A stretch of DNA of 64,000 nucleotides from the human T2T-CHM13v2.0 reference genome, Homo sapiens. Of the stretch, positions 1-12,400 are shown one piece after another. Within the stretch, counting starts at the first letter, position 1. Every line of letters starts with the position of its first letter. The DNA is taken from NCBI RefSeq assembly GCF_009914755.1, contig NC_060948.1; one strand, written 5' to 3'. The position numbers were made by a program, and so were the translations under genes. The notes under the pieces are model-generated. The model did not search any database. It was given only the letters and a program-made list of their open reading frames with translations, and had not been told where the DNA came from.

Positions 1-190
1 TTGAGACAGGGTCTCTCTGTTGCCCAGGCTAAAGTGCAGAGGTGCCATCATGGCTCACTGCAACCTCTCACTCCCAGGCTCAGTTAATCCTTCCTCTTTA
101 GCCTCAGTCACTATACCTGGTTGATTTTTTTGTGTGTATTTTTTGTAGAGTTCCCACTTGGCCTCCCAAAGTGCTGGGATTATTGGCATT
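1..190 (-). mobile_element. Degraded Alu fragment
   Basis: Antisense Alu motifs GAGACAGGGTCTC...TGTTGCCCAGGCT and GGCCTCCCAAAGTGCTGGGAT, with internal deletions. Confidence 0.8.
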
Positions 191-558
191 GATAAAACAT
201 TTAATATGTTAGGGTTAGATAAAAATCAACATTTTGGCTAAGGTATGAACATTTTTAAAATGCAGTTATTCATTTATGCCTAATTTTCAGCATTTTTATG
301 TTATCAATTCTCATTTTAAGAGTCATATACAAAGCATAAGGCAAACCCATTTATGAGTTGCATATTTGTTTCACAGTTTGTGAAAATGTCCTTAGTTTGC
401 TCATATTGCAAACACATTTCAACTCTGCTATGCAAATAACAAAAGGCAACCTTATTTACAATTAATTTTATAGTTACATTGCATACAGGGAATGCACTGT
501 CTAGATGAAAAATAGCATCTCAACTACAGGTCTTAAACACTGAAAAGAGCTAACAGCT

Positions 559-850
559 GGCCGGGCTCAGTGGCTCACACCTGTAATCCCAGCACTTTGG
601 GAGGCCAAGGCGGGGTGGATCATGAGGTCAAGAGATCAAGGCCATCCCGGCTAACATGGGGAAATCCCGTCTCTACTAAAAATGCAAAAAATTAGCCGGG
701 TGTGGTGGCAGTTGCCTGTAGTCCCAGCTATTCGGGAGGCTGAGGCAGGAGAATGGCGTGGACCCAGGAGGCAGAGCTTGTAGTGAGCGGAGATTGTTCC
801 ACTGCACTCCAGCCAGGGTGACAAAGTGAGACTCCACCTCAAAAATAAAT
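559..850 (+). mobile_element. AluY-type element inserted in the 3' UTR of the ELOC pseudogene
   Basis: Runs from GGCCGGGCTCAGTGGCTCAC to GAGACTCCACCTCAAAAA. The flanks ACAGCT / ACAGCT look like a short TSD. Confidence 0.9.
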
Positions 851-914
851 TGACAGCTTATTATAATTTATTTTATTATATCAATTCATTTTATTTATAT
901 ACAATCAATTGTAT

Positions 915-1251
915 TTACATGCAATCTAGAAAGTTCACAGCCATCAGCAGTTCTAGTGCAGCTTCAGGTAAAATGGGAATTTAGGAATCTCTGTGGAACT
1001 GTACATTCAGTGAAATATTTAGGTAAAATATGTGCATACTTTTGGCTGCACTTGTGAAGGGATGTCTCTCAAATTGACCTCAATGCTTTCCTCCTCAGAA
1101 AAATGACCTGGATCACTCAAACGGGTTTCATTGTTGCTGAGGTTTGTGCATGTTCTCCTTTTACAACAAATTTATGACTCAGGATATATCTGTTTGATAT
1201 CATGGCATTAGGGCTTTCACAAGCATTGTAGGTTTTCTCTTCTTCATCCAT
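915..1251 (-). pseudogene. ELOC: Processed Elongin C (TCEB1) pseudogene with frameshifts and stops; UTR-like homology extends to about 300 and about 1400
   Basis: The reverse complement reads [17 protein letters not shown]..., [13 protein letters not shown]..., [45 protein letters not shown] reads MDGEEKTYGGCEGPDAM...LELLMAANFLDC. No introns; not captured by the ORF track. Confidence 0.9.
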
Positions 1252-1499
1252 TATGTTTTTAAGTAATTCTACTTGAATCCTCAGGAACTTGAATAGTTTT
1301 TGTTAGCCCCACAGCCACTGCAGCCCAGGACCGAATGTAGCAACACAGCCTCTGCTCCAAGGCCACCTTCCATGCCCATCTACCTGCCCCTGTGGGTTTT
1401 AGAGCAGTTGGAGTAATCTAGTCCTGTAAGTTTTAATTTGTTTACAAGATTTCATAATTTATTGTTGGTTCCTTATGATTTTATGTATATAAGATTATG

Positions 1500-2000
1500 A
1501 GATCTATGAGTAGAAAGTTTTACTTTTGTCTTTCACATATGAATATGTTGGTATATATTTGTCTTTTCTAATTGTTCTGGATGGAAGTTCTAAAACAATG
1601 TTGAATACAGTGATGAAAGTGGGCATCAGTGCTACATTCCTAATCTTAAAGATTTGGTACACAGCAGCTCAGATGATGATTGTTATGTGCTTCACATAAA
1701 GATGTTTTATCATATCAAAGAAATTCAAACCCATTTTTTGGATGTTTGTATTATTAAATTTGTTGACTATATTTAAGTAGTTTCTGTAACAGTTGAGATA
1801 AACATGTAGTGTTTTTTCATCATTTAATTTACATAATATATTGAAAAGGGATGGCTTTAGAATGTTGAAAAACCCGTGATTTTCTGAAAAAAGAACTTAG
1901 TCATTCAGGTGTGTAATGTCTTCACTATGTACCTAATTCCATGTACTAGTATTTGTTTAAACATTATGATGTCTATAATTATCAGATTTGTTAATATTTA
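1500..2000 (-). mobile_element. Old L1 (L1M-type) antisense fragment
   Basis: T-rich sequence with L1 ORF2 antisense-like motifs (AACAATGTTGAATACAGTGATGAAAGTGGGCATC...TTCCTAATCTTAAAG). Confidence 0.55.
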
Positions 2001-2079
2001 GCTTTTTGTCCCAGTGATATCATATGTTTAATTGGCTACTCAATTGGAATTACAAAGAAGTATTGCTTGGTGTACTCTT

Positions 2080-4660
2080 ATGGGCATTAGGGCTTAGAGG
2101 TTAGAGTCATAGAGGATATATTTAAAATTTTTTGAAGGAAGATGGGGTAACATTAAACACGGGATAGAAGTTGGGTGTTAGGGATAGGGGTTTACAATTG
2201 CAGAAGAAATGTTAGTGTTAGATTGAGGGTTAGGGCTGGGGTTGGGTTAGGGTCTAGTGTGGTAGGATTAGGGTTAGGGTTAGAATTAGGATTAGGGTCA
2301 GGGGTCAAGTTTAGTTTTAAGTTTAGGGCTAGAGTTAGAATCAGGTTTAGATGTTAGGTTAGGTTAGGTTTGGGATCAGGTTATGCTTAGGTTTAGGTTA
2401 AAAAACAGGCTTATACTTAGAGGTTACGAGCCAGGGTAGGTAGGGTTAGGTTCTAGGTTAGGGTCATGGCCAGGGTTGTGGTCAGTGTTATGAGTTAGAG
2501 TTAAGGTGAGGGTGAGGGTGAGGGTAATAGGGTTAGTGTGTTACTGTTAGGGTTAGGGCTTAGAGTTAGGGTTAGAATAAGGATAAGAATTCAGTTTAGG
2601 TTTTAGGGTTTGGGCTGAGGTTAGGGTTTCAGGTTAGTGTTAACGTTAGGGTTAATGTTTAGAGTTTAGGGTTAGTGTTTAGGGTTTAGGGATAGATTTA
2701 GGGTTATTGTATAGCATTTAGGGTTAGGGTTAAGGTTGCTTTAGGGTTAGGATAAGGGGTTACGGTGAGGCTTAGTGGTAGGTTTGGGTTAGGTTTAGGG
2801 TTGCAGTATAGGATTAGGGTTAAGTTTGGGTTTAGCATTTTCATTTATGCTTAGGGTTAGGGTTTATGCTTATGGTTAGGGTTAAATTCTGTTAGAATTA
2901 GGGGTTAGGGTTTATGTTTAGGCTTAGGGTCAGGGTTTAGGGTTAGGTTTACATTTAGGGTTGTATGTTTGGATTAAGGTTTGTGTTAGGGGTTACAGTT
3001 AGGTTTAGCCTTAGATTTATATTTAATGTTAGCTCTGTTCTATGATTAAGGTGAATTGTGAGGATTAAGGTAGGGTTTAGCATTTATGATTAAGTTTAGG
3101 TATAGGTTTAAAATGTTAGAAGGCTATTGTTAGAGTTATTATTAATTGTTAGGGTTATATCTAGGGTTTAGGGTGTATGGTTAGGGTTGATGTTAGCATT
3201 TAAGGTTTTGTGTTAGCATAGGGCTTGCTTTTAATTTTAGGGTTATGGTTATGATTATGTTACAATTATGATTAGGTTTATGTTCAGGTTTCTTGTTTGG
3301 TGTTTTGGTCTGGGTTAGAGTTTTTGTTTAGTTTGGGTTTGGAGTAGAGATAGGGTTAGGATTAGTGTTAGGGTTATGGGTTAGGGTTATCATTACCTGT
3401 TAGGGTTATTGTTTGAAGTTTAGGGTTTAGGGCATAGTGTTAATGGTTAGGGTTAAGGTTCAGCCTTAGATTTTGAGTTAGGGTTTAGGCTTAGGTCTAG
3501 TGGTCACCTTTGATTAGCGTTTGGGTCAGGGCCTTAGTTTGGCATTAGCGGTTAAAATTTAGATCTAGGTTGTATTGTTTTGGCTAGTTGTTACAGTCTT
3601 TACTAGGCTTAGTGTTTTATGGTTAGGGTTGTTGGTCAATTTGTGGTTGGTTTTGGGGTCACAGTTAGAGTCTGGGTCAGGGTTAGACCTCAGGGTTTGG
3701 GTAGTGTTATGGTTTTGTTAAGTGTTACGTTTATGTTCAGGGTTAGGGATTAGTGGTTACGGCTTGGATTGGGTTAGTGATAGGTTTCAGCATTTATAGT
3801 TACGGTTCGCATTGCAGTTGGGTAGGAATAGGATTTTAGGGTTAAAGTTAGGGTTAGTGTTTTAGCATCAGGGGTATAATTAAAGGGGAGATTTGAGGTT
3901 GGGGTTGTTGTAGGACTGGGGTAGATTTAGAGTTAGTGTTATCGTTTATGGTTAGAGTTCAGATTAGAGTTTATATGTTTGGGTTATGTTCAGTGTTAAG
4001 GTTAGTGTTACGGGGTTAGGGTTTGGATTATAATGTTACTGTTAGCTTTAGGATTTAGTTTAGGGTTAGGGTTAGTGTTTAGCATTAGTGTTAGTGTTTC
4101 AGTGTTAGCGTCAGGTATATATTTAAGTTTGTGTTAAGGTTGGCTTAGGGTCATGTTTAGTGTCAGTGTCATGCTCAGTTTTAGGATTATGTGTTAGAGT
4201 TAGTTTTGGGGTTACAATTAAGGGTCAAGATTGGATTTGGGCTTGGGGTTAGGGTTGGGGATAGGGTTGGAGTTGCAGTTGATGTTGTTCAATATATGGG
4301 TAGTGTTAGTGTCACTGTTTTAAGGTAGGGGTAGAGTAGGTTTAGAGTTAGTGTTAGGGGTAAAAGTAGGAGTTAGGGTTATGTGTTAGGTGTTAGAATT
4401 ACAATTTTAGGGTTAGGTTTTTTGTTTTAGGTTTAGGGTTAGGATTGAGTTTAGTTTAGGGTTAGGGTTTGGGTTAAAAGTTGGGATTTGGGTAGGTTTA
4501 GGGCTGGGGTATGTTTAGGATTGGGGATAGGTGTAGTGGTACATTTAAGTTTAGAGATATGGCTAGTTTTTGGTTTTGGTTGGGGTTAAGATTAGGGTTT
4601 TAGTTAGCATTTTAGGGTTATTTTTAGGGTTTAGTGTTAGTGGTTAGGGTTTGGATTAGA
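2080..4660 (+). repeat. Degenerate interstitial telomeric repeat (TTAGGG)n with TTTAGGG/TCAGGG/TTGGGG variants
   Basis: Several hundred G/T-rich units with recurring GGGTTAGGGTTA and very few C on the + strand. Confidence 0.95.
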
Positions 4661-4684
4661 TGTCTTTTTCTGTCTCACTCATGT

Positions 4685-5737
4685 TCTCCAATGGACCAGT
4701 CATCACAGTTTTTCTGTCCTCAGAAGCCCATATGGACTTCAGACTTATTCAGACTTTGAAATAACTTCTCTTCATGGTGGAGTTACCAACTGTGGGCCTC
4801 CTCTCACTGAGACTTATACACTTACTGGGATTGCATGCCTGTAGAGAGATAGGTCTCCTCCTAACTAAGGGATGTAGAGACATCGCAACAACCTTCCTGC
4901 TCATAGAAGCTACCCACTGTGAATCTCCCCTCCACCAAGGGCTTCAGAGAAGTTTACACAACCTGTCTGTCTACTAAAATTTGTATCTGTGGGTCTCCTA
5001 TTTACTGAGTGTTGCACAGATGCAGGTATGTCCTCTTTGTAAAATGGAGTTACCCACTTTTTGTATCCTGAGATCTGTATCTTCACTCAATAAAGCATCT
5101 ATTTACCTTGGTTACTCTCCATTTTCCCACATATGTCATTCTTTCTGGACATGGGACAAGAACTCAGGATCCTCTTAATGACACAACTAAAAGTATAGTA
5201 ACAGAAACGGGATTAAAACACTCCAACCCACACTTGCCACATTGTTAGCAGAATTGTTTTTACAAAAAGGATTAGAAGGGCTTAACCCTTTGAGAAGCCT
5301 AGACCTAAACATGTTCAAAGACAGAACTGTGACACCATCTCTGGGGCTCTCCAGTTTCTGGCATTTCTAAGTTTTTGGATGACACTGCATTCTCCAGTGC
5401 CTATGGAGGAAACAGCTTGTGGTATGCCTGATTCAGCCAAAGACTTGCAGGGTGTTGGCACCTGTTCTAGCACTTGTATCAGCTCACCTTATCACAGACA
5501 GTTTGTTTAGCTGTGTACAGTGGCTGGACTCAACAGTCACTCAGGTACCTCTCTCTACTCTGTGTCTGGCTCACCCACAGCAGGAATAGAATCTGAGCTG
5601 ATAGTTTCAGCTAAACACAGCCTGTCAAGCTGAGTCAGTAAAATTAGCTCTGCAACCCCAAGAGAAACTTGGGCAATGCTGCCACCATCCACAGAGATTT
5701 TTGGCTTGAGAAGCAACAGCCTAGAGATACTGTGACA
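4685..5737 (+). mobile_element. MER52-family LTR, 5'-truncated
   Basis: Repeated GAGCTACCCACTGTGGGTCTCCT-like units, AATAAAG at about 5090, and the terminal TGTGACA at 5731-5737. Confidence 0.75.
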
Positions 5738-5744
5738 AAAGTAA

Positions 5745-5880
5745 GATTGTTCACCTGTGGCCAGTAGATTATTCCATCATGCCTATGTAATGAAGCCTCA
5801 ATAAAAATCCAAGAGGACAGGCTTCAGAGAGCTCTGGATAGATAAACTTATAGAGTTTTCTAGAAAATTGTGAGCACATA
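5745..5880 (+). mobile_element. MER21-like LTR fragment
   Basis: CATGCCTATGTAATGAAGCCTCAATAAAAATCCAAGAGGACAGG resembles MER21 from memory. Confidence 0.5.
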
Positions 5881-6239
5881 AAATCAGACACCGATAATTT
5901 TAAATGTCAATGATAATATAAGTGTTTTTCCTTTATTTTGAAAGAAGTTTCAGCATTTGACTATGTGTTCAGAATTTTAACTTATTAAGTAGTACCTATT
6001 CCAAGTTAACCTAACAACTACACATTATAAACATAAAAACTTAAATATTTCCACCTAAATGTTTCTATGATTCACTAATACTACACAAGTTTTGTTTAGA
6101 TAGTGGTTTCTTCATGTTAACCGGGTAAGAACTAGAAACTTATGAAAGAAATTAAAATAAATTGATATCTCAACATGAATTCTAACCATGTGTTCGGTTT
6201 AGAAGTTTGTCTCTCTGAGTTATTTGTGACTTTGTAAAG

Positions 6240-8277
6240 TCAAAGGCATTGGCTTAGATGTTTCTGTGTCTCTATTTGGGGGAGGGGAGCAGAGAGTGCC
6301 TCACAAAGCATTAGACTCTGCATTCTACGATATAAACAACAAACATTCTTACAGGCTTTTCTGTCATCCAAATCTAATAAAAGACAAGTTTTATCTTTTA
6401 TATAGTAGTAGCCATAAATAAAAATTAGTGCTTTAAAGAACAGTCTAGTGCTCACCAGTCTGCTGTTATATTAGGGCTTATATGGGCATAAAATAATAAC
6501 ATTTGGGCCAAGTAGCTGTTTTATTATTTATTTTAAAGGTAGAGTGCTTAAAATGCCTTGATAATATTAAATAAATATCTTGTACATTTCCAGTTCTCAT
6601 TTCAAGCTTTAGCTATGGGTAATATTGTTTGGGGCTATTAAGATAGATTAGGGCATCTTGGAGCTAATTATGTATTCTGCTGAGCTCAATCCTTCTGTCC
6701 TGAGCAGACAGACTGGCACATGCTTTAACATGGATTCTATCCCTTGTGCTGAGCCCCAGATTTTCTTTAGCACTTCACACACTCTCACATTGGCCTGTTT
6801 CATCTCCATCATAACATTACAGTGAACAAGAGTGTTACATTCCTTTAGCAAAACTGGATTACATGAGGCAAGCTCCTTAATAGGGATCCTAACCTCTTGG
6901 GTGAAAGTTGCAGCCCAAGACACCTGAGGGACCAGGCCTTTGGCACATGCATTTCATGCTGTCGGCTTTCACCAACCAATCAACATTTCATTGGAAGATG
7001 CTCCACCCATCATCTTGGGAAATGTGATGGTAGAACAGCCCCCTGGACTCTGTCTAAAGGTTGTACAAGTGGTGTGAAACAAAGCCTTTTCTTTACCTCA
7101 AACCAAATCACAAAAAGCATTATAGATGCACCTAGTCCAATGCCTGGGCTACTGGCTGGTACAATAGTCTTCGTAAACAGAGTGAAAGTATTCACAAAGT
7201 TCTTGATGGTGACCACCATTTCAATGCTTGCTCTGTTTCTGTCATTTCTTAAATGCACACAAAATCAAGACCACAGCAAAAGGCACTGCCAGCTACACTG
7301 AGCAGCATGAGCTTGCTGTCATTCCCAGTGGCCATATTCAGAGAATTCTCAATTTCTTTCATTACTTCTTTATTTAGTGAGTTTTTCTCTGTTGATCTAG
7401 TTGATAGCAACATCTGGTGAAGCCATCCTCTTTCCTCACCACAATGTCTCTAAACCTGCTGGCACTTTCTGTTAGCCTTATGGAGAAATACATCCTTTTG
7501 ATAAAAGGCTGATTTTTTTCATCATCAATTGTCTTTCTTTGCCCAACTCTCACCCTTGGAACACATATATACATGTTTCTTGTTCCATTGGCTGTTAGTG
7601 GATCCATTAATTCCAGTGTACCTTCCTTATTACCTGAGCCTGTGGCCATGGAAGTAGTAATTGAGCCAGACAGCTGAGACATTAGTGGGTGTATCTGGGG
7701 CCACTTCGCTCTTCCAGCCTGGTTTGCACCAAGATCTGCTAAAGCTCTGATGGGCTTCTCTGATGCCACCTTGTGCACTGACATGTCCTGCGAATCTGGT
7801 GCAACAGGGTCCAGTTTCTCAGGTTCATGAAAGCCATTCTCGGTGTTTTTGCTGTTAACAGTCTCAGAATTGCAAATGTCTTGATAGTTGAATTTACCAG
7901 CTCCATATTTTTGGGTTGGAGAGAGGTGAAGCTGCATTTTCCTAACGTTCTGGCTGGCAGCAAACGACTGGCTGTTTTTGGATTTGTGATGTTTACCTGT
8001 CATTTTTTTATGAGAGTTCTTAGAAAAGTTGGCGTTCGTAGACCTGGAAGTTCCTTTTTCTGACATTGATTGAAAAAGTTCTACCTGTTCTTGTCAGTAT
8101 ACTTTTTTTCTGATTTTTAGTCATCTCTTGTAGTCATAAATACATTTACCGCAGTTCACGAGGTCCTGCTCTGGTTCCCAAGTGTCAGCCTTTTCATTGA
8201 ACCAAATACTCTGTCTTCCCTTTTATGTCTTGCCTTTTGTCAATAATAGTTCAAACTTCAACCTCCTGGGTAGCCAT
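6240..8277 (-). pseudogene. CDY: CDY (chromodomain Y-linked) pseudogene: chromodomain, linker and enoyl-CoA hydratase-like domain, with multiple stops and frameshifts, plus a remnant of the CDY1-type 3' exon (6240-6317)
   Basis: The ATG at 8277 gives MATQEVEV*TIIDKRQD (CDY: MASQEFEVEAIVDKRQD). ORF 7374-8066 has QIHPLMSQLSGSITTSMATGS and RLTESASRFRDIVVRKEDGFT. ORF 7010-7258 has HLRNDRNRASIEMVVTIKNFVNTF. ORF 6648-6923 has TFTQEV...IWGSAQGIESMLK. Confidence 0.95.
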
Positions 8278-8793
8278 GAAGAAAGAGACAGGATTGAGGC
8301 AGTTGCTGTGGCAACTTTGTTTCAGTTCAGTCTCCACATAGTCCCTGCTTTCTGCCTCCAGTGCTTCATCAGGCCCTGGGTATGGATGAGTCTCTTCCAC
8401 TACATGACCACTGGCATAGTAAAAGTTGTGGGAAGAAGCAGCTATGCTATGTGCCTCAGGCTCTCCACATTTACTCCATGGTGGGACAGCTCAGGCTTCT
8501 GTTCAAGGTGCCAAGATGGCTGGCTAGGTAGCGTCTGGTAAGACCAACTAAATCCACAGCTCCTTCTCACGGATGTAGTGCAGAAAGCTTTCTACCTGCC
8601 TGTTCTCTTTCCTTTGTAGTTGCTATGATGATTATATTGAACATCCTAAAGTTATAACACGTTCAAAGTCACGTTAGTTTACTTTCAGTAACACATGAAA
8701 CCCCTACTCATTTATAGCACAACCCCCATTATTTCACTTGTTGATTTCTCAAAATTATACCTTTATGCATTGTATTGTCAAAAACACAAGCAA

Positions 8794-9775
<982 letters not shown>

Positions 9776-9799
9776 TTCACTTTTTTTTTTTTTAATAAA

Positions 9800-12400
9800 A
9801 TTGTATTGTCGATTATGTGGAGAGCAAATTACGGAGATGCACATTGTTAATTTTTTCTCTTTTATAATTGTTCACGTATTTATCTTTACCGTAATCTTTA
9901 TTTATACTGCTGTTTAGCATCCTTTCATTTTATCCTGAAATACTCCATAAAACATTTCTTAAAGGGTTATCTAAAAAGACCCCAGCTTATATCTAGGAAT
10001 GTCATAATTTTTCCCTCACGTTTGATGGACTTTATTTGGACATAAGATTTGTGTTTGAAAGTCTTTTCTTACATTACTTGGAAAATATTAGTCTACTGCC
10101 TTCTGGACTCTGAGTTTTTAGATAAGAAATCTGCTGATTATTTTTCAGGGTTCTTTTTACATGACTAGTCACTTCTCTTGCTGCTTTCAAGGTTCTCTTT
10201 GTCTTTGTTTTAGACAGTGTAATTATCATGTAAGTTTGAGTGTGTCTCTTTGAGTTTGTCTTAATTAGAGTTTGTTGATCTTCCTAGGTGTTTATTTCCT
10301 CAAATGTGTTATATTCTTGCCCACTGTATCTTTAGACTCCCTGTTTCTTGGTCTCTTCTCTTTGAACTTTCAAAATGAATAAGTAGGTCTTCTTGATGGT
10401 GTCCTACTGGATCTAGGCTGTGTTCGCATTTCTTTATTTCTTTTTCTCTTTCTGACTTAATAATTTCAACTGCCATTTTTCTAGGTTTGCCAACATTTTG
10501 TTCTTTTATCTGCTCAAGTCTCCTTTTAAATGTATGTAGAAAATTTCTATGTCATTTGTTTTCCTTTCCAGGTCCAGAATTTTTTCTTAGTTTTAAAAAT
10601 AAGTTTATTCTCTCTTTATTAACATTTTTTGTTCATGAATTTCTTTGTTTTGGAAGGTCGAGGCAGGAGAATCATTTTGTTTATTCTAGTAGCTTCCTAA
10701 GGACATTAATTTTTAAAATTATTTTTTAGTAAGCCTGCCATTTGAGCTTTCTAGGAAAAGCTTCTGTTAGTGATTTTTTTTTCTTAGGATGATCCATACT
10801 TTCTTATTTCACTTTTTGCTTTGTGATTTTGTTGGTGTTGAAAACAAATCTTAAAATGCTGAAACTTTGAAAATCAGATTTTCTCCCTCTGTGGTTTGCT
10901 AGGGTTTTTTTAATTCCTCATGTCGGTTATTTCTGTCCTGGCAGTCAGTCTTACTCAACTTATTCTTGGGTCTTTCTTGAGCCTGCACCATTTTGGGGCA
11001 CATGTGCTTAACAACAAATTTTATTCTAAAGTTTCATGTACATATGTTTTCTTTTTAATGTTTTTGTCCATAATTGTCTGGTCTCTTAAGATAAAAAAAA
11101 GAAAAATTAGAAAAAAAATGCATTGGCTCTTTAAATCTTCTGAAAGTTGCTTGAGGAGGAGGAGGAAAAGCCTGCAAAAGGTTTGGGGAATGAAATCATG
11201 ACTTTTTCCCTGTGTCAGGACTGCCATAATCAGAAGCAGCAATTGGTGCCCAAGTCTTCCTGAGATTTGGAGGACTGAGTTCTTTTTGTTTATCCTGGCT
11301 CTTGCCAGCTGCTCCAGAAGTAGTCGCAAGGTAGCACACCACTGCGGTAGCTAATGAAAAATAAATAGCTGCTGGTGATCTACGCTATAAAAATGATCAA
11401 ATTTAATTGCTGTTTACTGTACAAATCTTCTTTTAGAAACTGTATACTTTCAGATAGACTCTGGAGTTCCAAACTAATTGCATCATACCGATTCTGCCAC
11501 TTGAAGAAACAGATATATAGTGCTCTATAGTCCAGTCATTCTTTTCCCAGAAGCTGTGTCATTTTACTTTGAATCTCCATGTTTTTTCACCTAAAGTAAT
11601 ACTTGCATAGAAATCGTGTAAGTAAATCCTTCTTTAAACGCGCTTTTTTGACATTCTTTGCCCTTTTCATGCAAGAGCTCATATTTAAAGTTATTACAAA
11701 TAAAAAAATGCATACTCTAACATTTACTTACTTGTTTTCCATATTTTCTGTATCACATTTGATCCTCAATTCCTCCATTGATCATTTCAAAAATATGATT
11801 TTTAAAAATTTATTCTTTTCAGTATTTTTATATTACAATTAGTTGTATTTGGGACTTCATGTAATATTCTACACATAAAATCGCCTACTTTGAAGAATGT
11901 TAACTCAATTGAATGATCTAAAATTTAATTTTAACAATAAAAAAATGCTACTCTTGGGCTTTTCTATCCTTCTCAATTTATATTATTGTTCCAGATTATA
12001 TCTGTATGCACTGAGTGCCCATTAAAATAGATTTGTATTTTTTAATGTAGTAGCTGCCTAGCAGAAGTATAATAGTATTAGATAACTTTGCCAGTGTGGT
12101 AATAGTAATACTATTTTTCTTAGAGAAGGGTTAGTTACACATTCCTTTAGCTTTTATCTAGGCATTTTTTGCTTGCATATTATATTGCCAGTTATATATT
12201 TTATTCATATCTCCAAAGTGTTTTCTTAGTTATTGAAAGCTTAGCATGCGTTCCATTAGCATTTTTAATAAGAGCAATATAAAAACTATCATAAAAAACA
12301 GAATCTGTATTAACTGATTGTCTGTTGTATGAGATAACTGTATTCTTTTCTCTCAACGTCGTAAAGATATGTGACCAATTCTTGGTATTTTCAACCAAGA
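9800..12400 (-). mobile_element. Old L1M fragments (5'/ORF1 region), antisense
   Basis: T-rich sequence with L1M ORF1-like antisense motifs (GATAAGAAATCTGCTG, CTCTTGCTGCTTTCAAG). Part of it has an inverted counterpart at 62000-64000. Confidence 0.5.

Noticed and set aside
2175-2357. Gly/Leu/Arg/Val-rich ORF
   Set aside because: It is a translation of telomeric repeats.
2080-4660. Telomere-telomere fusion site
   Set aside because: Only one polarity is present; there is no inverted CCCTAA array.
4685-5737. MER52 as a third copy of the duplicated arm
   Set aside because: Its flanks differ from those of the 28105 and 51335 copies, which share AAGAAGCATAGCTA. Similarity is at family level only.
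6240-8277. Functional CDY1/CDY2 gene
   Set aside because: There is an early stop at codon 9, a chromodomain deletion and several frameshifts.
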